Positions 1 to 9,600 of a stretch of 18,735 nucleotides of DNA are shown in pieces (positions within the stretch are counted from its first letter, which is position 1; the number at the start of each line of letters is the position of its first letter). The position numbers and the translations under genes are program-made. The notes beneath the pieces were generated by a model. The model worked only from the letters and a program-made list of their open reading frames with translations. It made no database searches and was not told the origin of the DNA. The stretch is from Utricularia gibba (taxonomy: Eukaryota > Plantae > Magnoliophyta): the NCBI GenBank assembly GCA_002189035.1, contig NEEC01000160.1, positions 1-18,735 on the forward strand, read 5' to 3'.

Positions 1-3000
1 TTAGGGCGAAAGTTAGTTGTAGCCTGGCAACTAAGCGATGCACTTATTAACGTTCGGTTTTCAGGGGCTTCCTACAAGGTTTTTCAAGGAACAACTTCTC
101 GTTTTGTGTCGGCCACTCTCACTGGGCACTTGGTCCGGCGCTGCGTTCGGTCCGGCTCATGAGCCAACCGGGTGCGAGTCGACGAAAATAATGATGCATT
201 TGTTTAAAGTAAGATGTCACGTGCACCCACATGATTTTTTCAACAACTTACTTTATACTTGAGGAGGCGGTCTTGGGGGCACCTAGAACGGGACAAAGGT
301 CAGGTTGGGTTAGGGCCGAAAGTTAGTTGTAGCCTGGCAACTAAAGCGATGCACTTATTAACGTTCGGTTTTCAGGGGCTTCCTACAAGGTTTTTCAAGG
401 AACAACTTCTCGTTTTGTGTCGGCCACTCACTGGGCACTTGGTCCGGCGCTGCGTTCGGTCCGGCTCATGAGCCCAACCGGGTGCGAGTCGACGAAAATA
501 ATGATGCATTTGTTTAAAGTAAGATGTCACGTGCACCCCACATGATTTTTTTCAACAACTTACTTTATACTTGAGGAGGCGGTCTTGGGGGGCACCTAGA
601 ACGGGACAAAAGGTCAGGTTGGGTTAGGGCCGAAAGTTAGTTGTAGCCTGGCAACTAAAGCGATGCACTTATTAACGTTCGGTTTTCAGGGGCTTCCTAC
701 AAGGTTTTTCAAGGAACAACTTCTCGTTTTGTGTCGGCCACTCTCACTGGGCACTTGGTCCGGCGCTGCGTTCGGTCCGGCTCATGAGCCCAACCGGGTG
801 CGAGTCGACGAAAATAATGATGCATTTGTTTAAAGTAAGATGTCACGTGCACCCCACATGATTTTTTCAACAACTTACTTTATACTTGAGGAGGCGGTCT
901 TGGGGGCACCTAGAACGGGACAAAGGTCAGGTTGGGTTAGGGCCGAAAGTTAGTTGTAGCCTGGCAACTAAAGCGATGCACTTATTAACGTTCGGTTTTC
1001 AGGGGCTTCCTACAAGGTTTTTCAAGGAACAACTTCTCGTTTTGTGTCGGCCACTCTCACTGGGCACTTGGTCCGCGCTGCGTTCGGTCCGGCTCATGAG
1101 CCCAACCGGGTGCGAGTCGACGAAAATATGATGCATTTGTTTAAAGTAAGATGTCACGTGCACCCCACATGATTTTTTCAACAACTTACTTTATACTTGA
1201 GGAGGCGGTCTTGGGGGACTAGAACGGGACAAAGGTCAGGTTGGGTTAGGGCCGAAAGTTAGTTGTAGCCTGGCAACTAAAGCGATGCACTTATTAACGT
1301 TCGGTTTTCAGGGGCTTCCTACAAGGTTTTTCAAGGAACAACTTCTCGTTTTGTGTCGGCCACTCTCACTGGGCACTTGGTCCGGCGCTGCGTTCGGTCC
1401 GGCTCATGAGCCCAACCGGGTGCGAGTCGACGAAAATAATGATGCATTTGTTTAAAGTAAGATGTCACGTGCACCCACATGATTTTTTCAACAACTTACT
1501 TTATACTTGAGGAGGCGGTCTTGGGGGGCACCTAGAACGGGACAAAGGTCAGGTTGGGTTAGGGCCGAAAGTTAGTTGTAGCCTGGCAACTAAAGCGATG
1601 CACTTATTAACGTTCGGTTTTCAGGGGCTTCCTACAAGGTTTTTCAAGGAACAACTTCTCGTTTTGTGTCGGCCACTCTCACTGGGCACTTGGTCCGGCG
1701 CTGCGTTCGGTCCGGCTCATGAGCCCAACCGGGTGCGAGTCGACGAAAATAATGATGCATTTGTTTAAAGTAAGATGTCACGTGCACCCCACATGATTTT
1801 TTCAACAACTTACTTTATACTTGAGGAGGCGGTCTTGGGGGGCACCTAGAACGGGACAAAGGTCAGGTTGGGTTAGGGCCGAAAGTTAGTTGTAGCCTGG
1901 CAACTAAAGCGATGCACTTATTAACGTTCGGTTTTCAGGGGCTTCCTACAAGGTTTTTCAAGGAACAACTTCTCGTTTTGTGTCGGCCACTCTCACTGGG
2001 CACTTGGTCCGGCGCTGCGTTCGGTCCGGCTCATGAGCCCAACCGGGTGCGAGTCGACGAAAATAATGATGCATTTGTTTAAAGTAAGATGTCACGTGCA
2101 CCCCCACATGATTTTTCAACAACTTACTTTATACTTGAGGAGGCGGTCTTGGGGGGCACCTAGAACGGGACAAAGGTCAGGTTGGGTTAGGGCCGAAAGT
2201 TAGTTGTAGCCTGGCAACTAAAGCGATGCACTTATTAACGTTCGGTTTTCAGGGGCTTCCTACAAGGTTTTTCAAGGAACAACTTCTCGTTTTGTGTCGG
2301 CCACTCTCACTGGGCACTTGGTCCGGCGCTGCGTTCGGTCCGGCTCATGAGCCCAACCGGGTGCGAGTCGACGAAAATAATGATGCATTTGTTTAAAGTA
2401 AGATGTCACGTGCACCCCACATGATTTTTTCAACAACTTACTTTATACTTGAGGAGGCGGTCTTGGGGGGCACCTAGAACGGGACAAAGGTCAGGTTGGG
2501 TTAGGGCCGAAAGTTAGTTGTAGCCTGGCAACTAAAGCGATGCACTTATTAACGTTCGGTTTTCAGGGGCTTCCTACAAGGTTTTTCAAGGAACAACTTC
2601 TCGTTTTGTGTCGGCCACTCTCACTGGGCACTTGGTCCGGCGCTGCGTTCGGTCCGGCTCATGAGCCCAACCGGTGCGAGTCGACGAAAATAATGATGCA
2701 TTTGTTTAAAGTAAGATGTCACGTGCACCCCACATGATTTTTTCAACAACTTACTTTATACTTGAGGAGGCGGTCTTGGGGGGCACCTAGAACGGGACAA
2801 AGGTCAGGTTGGGTTAGGGCCGAAAGTTAGTTGTAGCCTGGCAACTAAAGCGATGCACTTATTAACGTTCGGTTTTCAGGGGCTTCCTACAAGGTTTTTC
2901 AAGGAACAACTTCTCGTTTTGTGTCGGCCACTCACTGGGCACTTGGTCCGGCGCTGCGTTCGGTCCGGCTCATGAGCCCAACCGGGTGCGAGTCGACGAA

Positions 3001-3137
3001 AATAATGATGCATTTGTTTAAAGTAAGATGTCACGTGCACCCCACATGATTTTTTCAACAACTTACTTTATACTTGAGGAGGCGGTCTTGGGGGCACCTA
3101 GAACGGGACAAAGGTCAGGTTGGGTTAGGGCCGAAAG

Positions 3138-3159
3138 TTAGTTGTAGCCTGGCAACTAA
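3138..3159. other. Short hairpin TTAGTTG-(TAGCCTGG)-CAACTAA
   Basis: Perfect 7-bp inverted repeat with an 8-nt loop in every intact unit. Confidence 0.75.
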
Positions 3160-3279
3160 AGCGATGCACTTATTAACGTTCGGTTTTCAGGGGCTTCCTA
3201 CAAGGTTTTTCAAGGAACAACTTCTCGTTTTGTGTCGGCCACTCTCACTGGGCACTTGGTCCGGCGCTGCGTTCGGTCC

Positions 3280-3291
3280 GGCTCATGAGCC
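3280..3291. other. Perfect 12-bp palindrome GGCTCATGAGCC (one per unit)
   Basis: The sequence equals its own reverse complement. Function unknown. Confidence 0.85.
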
Positions 3292-3331
3292 CAACCGGGT
3301 GCGAGTCGACGAAAATAATGATGCATTTGTT

Positions 3332-3383
3332 TAAAGTAAGATGTCACGTGCACCCCACATGATTTTTTCAACAACTTACTTTA
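3332..3383. other. Inverted repeat / hairpin: TAAAGTAAG (3332-3340) with CTTACTTTA (3375-3383), enclosing an inner ATGT/ACAT stem and overlapping CACGTG/GTGCAC palindromes
   Basis: Perfect 9-bp inverted repeat read directly, extended by 2 bp after one T-T mismatch. Present in every intact unit. Confidence 0.8.
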
Positions 3384-3403
3384 TACTTGAGGAGGCGGTC
3401 TTG
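3382..3403 (+). promoter_or_regulatory. Bacterial-type signals: TATACT (-10-like, 3382-3387), GAGGAGG (Shine-Dalgarno-like, 3389-3395), then TTG at 3401
   Basis: Motifs read directly. The -35 candidate at 17-bp spacing (ATGATT) matches only 3/6 of TTGACA. The SD sits too close to the -10 to lie on a transcript from that same promoter. Confidence 0.2.
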
Positions 3404-3647
3404 GGGGCACCTAGAACGGGACAAAGGTCAGGTTGGGTTAGGGCCGAAAGTTAGTTGTAGCCTGGCAACTAAAGCGATGCACTTATTAACGTTCGGTTTT
3501 CAGGGGCTTCCTACAAGGTTTTTCAAGGAACAACTTCTCGTTTTGTGTCGGCCACTCTCACTGGGCACTTGGTCCGGCGCTGCGTTCGGTCCGGCTCATG
3601 AGCCCAACCGGGTGCGAGTCGACGAAAATAATGATGCATTTGTTTAA
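3387..3647 (+). CDS. 86-aa TTG-start ORF (MRRRSWGH...DENNDAFV), present only in G5 copies; a 56-aa ATG-start core (MHLLTFGF...) is present in all intact copies; probably not a real gene
   Basis: From the ORF track, repeated once per unit. It has no recognisable domain and no good RBS upstream of either start. The N-terminal part is frameshifted away in the roughly half of copies that carry G6. Confidence 0.12.
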   Translation: MRRRSWGHLERDKGQVGLGPKVSCSLATKAMHLLTFGFQGLPTRFFKEQLLVLCRPLSLGTWSGAAFGPAHEPNRVRVDENNDAFV

Positions 3648-6600
3648 AGTAAGATGTCACGTGCACCCACATGATTTTTTCAACAACTTACTTTATACTT
3701 GAGGAGGCGGTCTTGGGGGGCACCTAGAACGGGACAAAGGTCAGGTTGGGTTAGGGCCGAAAGTTAGTTGTAGCCTGGCAACTAAAGCGATGCACTTATT
3801 AACGTTCGGTTTTCAGGGGCTTCCTACAAGGTTTTTCAAGGAACAACTTCTCGTTTTGTGTCGGCCACTCTCACTGGGCACTTGGTCCGGCGCTGCGTTC
3901 GGTCCGGCTCATGAGCCCAACCGGGTGCGAGTCGACGAAAATAATGATGCATTTGTTTAAAGTAAGATGTCACGTGCACCCCACATGATTTTTTCAACAA
4001 CTTACTTTATACTTGAGGAGGCGGTCTTGGGGGGCACCTAGAACGGGACAAAGGTCAGGTTGGGTTAGGGCCGAAAGTTAGTTGTAGCCTGGCAACTAAA
4101 GCGATGCACTTATTAACGTTCGGTTTTCAGGGGCTTCCTACAAGGTTTTTCAAGGAACAACTTCTCGTTTTGTGTCGGCCACTCTCACTGGGCACTTGGT
4201 CCGGCGCTGCGTTCGGTCCGGCTCATGAGCCCAACCGGGTGCGAGTCGACGAAAATAATGATGCATTTGTTTAAAGTAAGATGTCACGTGCACCCCACAT
4301 GATTTTTTCAACAACTTACTTTATACTTGAGGAGGCGGTCTTGGGGGCACCTAGAACGGGACAAAGGTCAGGTTGGGTTAGGGCCGAAAGTTAGTTGTAG
4401 CCTGGCAACTAAAGCGATGCACTTATTAACGTTCGGTTTTCAGGGGCTTCCTACAAGGTTTTTCAAGGAACAACTTCTCGTTTTGTGTCGGCCACTCTCA
4501 CTGGGCACTTGGTCCGGCGCTGCGTTCGGTCCGGCTCATGAGCCCAACCGGGTGCGAGTCGACGAAAATAATGATGCATTTGTTTAAAGTAAGATGTCAC
4601 GTGCACCCCACATGATTTTTTCAACAACTTACTTTATACTTGAGGAGGCGGTCTTGGGGGCACCTAGAACGGGACAAAGGTCAGGTTGGGTTAGGGCCGA
4701 AAGTTAGTTGTAGCCTGGCAACTAAAGCGATGCACTTATTAACGTTCGGTTTTCAGGGGCTTCCTACAAGGTTTTTCAAGGAACAACTTCTCGTTTTGTG
4801 TCGGCCACTCTCACTGGGCACTTGGTCCGGCGCTGCGTTCGGTCCGGCTCATGAGCCCAACCGGGTGCGAGTCGACGAAAATAATGATGCATTTGTTTAA
4901 AGTAAGATGTCACGTGCACCCCACATGATTTTTTCAACAACTTACTTTATACTTGAGGAGGCGGTCTTGGGGGCACCTAGAACGGGACAAAGGTCAGGTT
5001 GGGTTAGGGCCGAAAGTTAGTTGTAGCCTGGCAACTAAAGCGATGCACTTATTAACGTTCGGTTTTCAGGGGCTTCCTACAAGGTTTTTCAAGGAACAAC
5101 TTCTCGTTTTGTGTCGGCCACTCTCACTGGGCACTTGGTCCGGCGCTGCGTTCGGTCCGGCTCATGAGCCCAACCGGGTGCGAGTCGACGAAAATAATGA
5201 TGCATTTGTTTAAAGTAAGATGTCACGTGCACCCCACATGATTTTTTCAACAACTTACTTTATACTTGAGGAGGCGGTCTTGGGGGGCACCTAGAACGGG
5301 ACAAAGGTCAGGTTGGGTTAGGGCCGAAAGTTAGTTGTAGCCTGGCAACTAAAGCGATGCACTTATTAACGTTCGGTTTTCAGGGGCTTCCTACAAGGTT
5401 TTTCAAGGAACAACTTCTCGTTTTGTGTCGGCCACTCTCACTGGGCACTTGGTCCGGCGCTGCGTTCGGTCCGGCTCATGAGCCCAACCGGGTGCGAGTC
5501 GACGAAAATAATGATGCATTTGTTTAAAGTAAGATGTCACGTGCACCCCACATGATTTTTTCAACAACTTACTTTATACTTGAGGAGGCGGTCTTGGGGG
5601 GCACCTAGAACGGGACAAAGGTCAGGTTGGGTTAGGGCCGAAAGTTAGTTGTAGCCTGGCAACTAAAGCGATGCACTTATTAACGTTCGGTTTTCAGGGG
5701 CTTCCTACAAGGTTTTTCAAGGAACAACTTCTCGTTTTGTGTCGGCCACTCTCACTGGGCACTTGGTCCGGCGCTGCGTTCGGTCCGGCTCATGAGCCCA
5801 ACCGGGTGCGAGTCGACGAAAATAATGATGCATTTGTTTAAAGTAAGATGTCACGTGCACCCCACATGATTTTTTCAACAACTTACTTTATACTTGAGGA
5901 GGCGGTCTTGGGGGGCACCTAGAACGGGACAAAGGTCAGGTTGGGTTAGGGCCGAAAGTTAGTTGTAGCCTGGCAACTAAAGCGATGCACTTATTAACGT
6001 TCGGTTTTCAGGGGCTTCCTACAAGGTTTTTCAAGGAACAACTTCTCGTTTTGTGTCGGCCACTCTCACTGGGCACTTGGTCCGGCGCTGCGTTCGGTCC
6101 GGCTCATGAGCCCAACCGGGTGCGAGTCGACGAAAATAATGATGCATTTGTTTAAAGTAAGATGTCACGTGCACCCACATGATTTTTTCAACAACTTACT
6201 TTATACTTGAGGAGGCGGTCTTGGGGGCACCTAGAAGGGACAAAGGTCAGGTTGGGTTAGGGCCGAAAGTTAGTTGTAGCCTGGCAACTAAAGCGATGCA
6301 CTTATTAACGTTCGGTTTTCAGGGGCTTCCTACAAGGTTTTTCAAGGAACAACTTCTCGTTTTGTGTCGGCCACTCTCACTGGGCACTTGGTCCGGCGCT
6401 GCGTTCGGTCCGGCTCATGAGCCCAACCGGGTGCGAGTCGACGAATGATGCATTTGTTTAAAGTAAGATGTCACGTGCACCCACATGATTTTTTCAACAA
6501 CTTACTTTATACTTGAGGAGGCGGTCTTGGGGGGCACCTAGAACGGGACAAAGGTCAGGTTGGGTTAGGGCCGAAAGTTAGTTGTAGCCTGGCAACTAAA

Positions 6601-9600
6601 GCGATGCACTTATTAACGTTCGGTTTTCAGGGGCTTCCTACAAGGTTTTTCAAGGAACAACTTCTCGTTTTGTGTCGGCCACTCTCACTGGGCACTTGGG
6701 CGCTGCGTTCGGTCCGGCTCATGAGCCCAACCGGGTGCGAGTCGACGAAAATAATGATGCATTTGTTTAAAGTAAGATGTCACGTGCACCCCACATGATT
6801 TTTTCAACAACTTACTTTATACTTGAGGAGGCGGTCTTGGGGGCACCTAGAACGGGGTCACCGAAAGTCAGATTTATTAACGTTCGGTTTTCAGGGGCTT
6901 CCTACAAGGTTTTTCAAGGAACAACTTCTCGTTTTGTGTCGGCCACTCTCACTGGGCACTTGGTCCGGCGCTGCGTTCGGTCCGGCTCATGAGCCCAACC
7001 GGGTGCGAGTCGACGAAAATAATGATGCATTTGTTTAAAGTAAGATGTCACGTGCACCCCACATGATTTTTTCAACAACTTACTTTATACTTGAGGAGGC
7101 GGTCTTGGGGGCACCTAGAACGGGACAAAGGTCAGGTTGGGTTAGGGCCGAAAGTTAGTTGTAGCCTGGCAACTAAAGCGATGCACTTATTAACGTTCGG
7201 TTTTCAGGGGCTTCCTACAAGGTTTTTCAAGGAACAACTTCTCGTTTTGTGTCGGCCACTCTCACTGGGCACTTGGTCCGGCGCTGCGTTCGGTCCGGCT
7301 CATGAGCCCAACCGGGTGCGAGTCGACGAAAATAATGATGCATTTGTTTAAAGTAAGATGTCACGTGCACCCCACATGATTTTTTCAACAACTTACTTTA
7401 TACTTGAGGAGGCGGTCTTGGGGGCACCTAGAACGGGACAAAGGTCAGGTTGGGTTAGGGCCGAAAGTTAGTTGTAGCCTGGCAACTAAAGCGATGCACT
7501 TATTAACGTTCGGTTTTCAGGGGCTTCCTACAAGGTTTTTCAAGGAACAACTTCTCGTTTTGTGTCGGCCACTCTCACTGGGCACTTGGTCCGGCGCTGC
7601 GTTCGGTCCGGCTCATGAGCCCAACCGGGTGCGAGTCGACGAAAATAATGATGCATTTGTTTAAAGTAAGATGTCACGTGCACCCCACATGATTTTTTCA
7701 ACAACTTACTTTATACTTGAGGAGGCGGTCTTGGGGGGCACCTAGAACGGGACAAAGGTCAGGTTGGGTTAGGGCCGAAAGTTAGTTGTAGCCTGGCAAC
7801 TAAAGCGATGCACTTATTAACGTTCGGTTTTCAGGGGCTTCCTACAAGGTTTTTCAAGGAACAACTTCTCGTTTTGTGTCGGCCACTCTCACTGGGCACT
7901 TGGTCCGGCGCTGCGTTCGGTCCGGCTCATGAGCCCAACCGGGTGCGAGTCGACGAAAATAATGATGCATTTGTTTAAAGTAAGATGTCACGTGCACCCC
8001 ACATGATTTTTTCAACAACTTACTTTATACTTGAGGAGGCGGTCTTGGGGGGCACCTAGAACGGGACAAAGGTCAGGTTGGGTTAGGGCCGAAAGTTAGT
8101 TGTAGCCTGGCAACTAAAGCGATGCACTTATTAACGTTCGGTTTTCAGGGGCTTCCTACAAGGTTTTTCAAGGAACAACTTCTCGTTTTGTGTCGGCCAC
8201 TCTCACTGGGCACTTGGTCCGGCGCTGCGTTCGGTCCGGCTCATGAGCCCAACCGGGTGCGAGTCGACGAAAATAATGATGCATTTGTTTAAAGTAAGAT
8301 GTCACGTGCACCCCACATGATTTTTTCAACAACTTACTTTATACTTGAGGAGGCGGTCTTGGGGGCACCTAGAACGGGACAAAGGTCAGGTTGGGTTAGG
8401 GCCGAAAGTTAGTTGTAGCCTGGCAACTAAAGCGATGCACTTATTAACGTTCGGTTTTCAGGGGCTTCCTACAAGGTTTTTCAAGGAACAACTTCTCGTT
8501 TTGTGTCGGCCACTCTCACTGGGCACTTGGTCCGGCGCTGCGTTCGGTCCGGCTCATGAGCCCAACCGGGTGCGAGTCGAAAAATAATGATGCATTTGTT
8601 TAAAGTAAGATGTCACGTGCACCCCACATGATTTTTTCAACAACTTACTTTATACTTGAGGAGGCGGTCTTGGGGGCACCTAGAACGGGACAAAGGTCAG
8701 GTTGGGTTAGGGCCGAAAGTTAGTTGTAGCCTGGCAACTAAAGCGATGCACTTATTAACGTTCGGTTTTCAGGGGCTTCCTACAAGGTTTTTCAAGGAAC
8801 AACTTCTCGTTTTGTGTCGGCCACTCTCACTGGGCACTTGGTCCGGCGCTGCGTTCGGTCCGGCTCATGAGCCCAACCGGGTGCGAGTCGACGAAAATAA
8901 TGATGCATTTGTTTAAAGTAAGATGTCACGTGCACCCCACATGATTTTTTCAACAACTTACTTTATACTTGAGGAGGCGGTCTTGGGGGGCACCTAGAAC
9001 GGGACAAAGGTCAGGTTGGGTTAGGGCCGAAAGTTAGTTGTAGCCTGGCAACTAAAGCGATGCACTTATTAACGTTCGGTTTTCAGGGGCTTCCTACAAG
9101 GTTTTTCAAGGAACAACTTCTCGTTTTGTGTCGGCCACTCTCACTGGGCACTTGGTCCGGCGCTGCGTTCGGTCCGGCTCATGAGCCCAACCGGGTGCGA
9201 GTCGACGAAAATAATGATGCATTTGTTTAAAGTAAGATGTCACGTGCACCCCACATGATTTTTTCAACAACTTACTTTATACTTGAGGAGGCGGTCTTGG
9301 GGGGCACCTAGAACGGGACAAAGGTCAGGTTGGGTTAGGGCCGAAAGTTAGTTGTAGCCTGGCAACTAAAGCGATGCACTTATTAACGTTCGGTTTTCAG
9401 GGGCTTCCTACAAGGTTTTTCAAGGAACAACTTCTCGTTTTGTGTCGGCCACTCTCACTGGGCACTTGGTCCGGCGCTGCGTTCGGTCCGGCTCATGAGC
9501 CCAACCGGGTGCGAGTCGACGAAAATAATGATGCATTTGTTTAAAGTAAGATGTCACGTGCACCCCACATGATTTTTTCAACAACTTACTTTATACTTGA

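Larger units (their letters stand above)
3125..3437 (+). repeat. Representative monomer (313 bp, G5 allele; the G6 allele gives 314 bp)
   Basis: TTAGGGCCGAAAG starts at 3125 and again at 3438. The internal sequence matches the majority of copies. Hand count gives 155/313 G+C. Confidence 0.97.

Noticed and set aside
999-1184. Minus-strand 61-aa ORFs (also 2876-3061 and 16713-16898)
   Set aside because: They appear only in copies with a private indel, so they are products of read error.
3165-3180. CRESS-DNA virus nonanucleotide origin (CTTATTAAC)
   Set aside because: It does not match NANTATTAC and is not at the apex of a stem-loop.
3282-3314. Hammerhead ribozyme (CTCATGAG ... CGAAA), as in retrozymes or satellite-2 type repeats
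   Set aside because: The core reads CUCAUGA rather than CUGANGA in all copies, stem II does not close directly onto GAAA, and no CUGANGA exists on either strand. Hairpin-ribozyme motifs were not found either.
3308-3334. tmRNA tag-like peptide end (DENNDAFV-stop, cf. ANDENYALAA)
   Set aside because: There is no tRNA-like domain (no G3-U70 acceptor stem, no GGxUUCGA D/T-loop motifs, no CCA end) and no resume-codon context.
3308-3335. Xer dif-like site (GACGAAAATAA-TGATGC-ATTTGTTTAAA)
   Set aside because: Only about 6/11 and 7/11 matches to the E. coli XerC and XerD arms, which is within chance for an AT-rich stretch.
3125-3437. 5S rDNA, spliced-leader, SRP RNA or snRNA tandem gene unit
   Set aside because: Only short scattered word matches (e.g. 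GGTCAGGT, GGGCC..GTTAGT, AAAGTAAG). There is no colinear 5S box A/C, no SRP helix-8 AGCAG partner and no Sm site.
3343-3449. Budding-yeast point centromere (GTCACGTG = CDEI, with CCGAAA at CDEIII-like spacing)
   Set aside because: The intervening roughly 81 bp is far from the >90% AT of CDEII, and the rest of CDEIII does not match.
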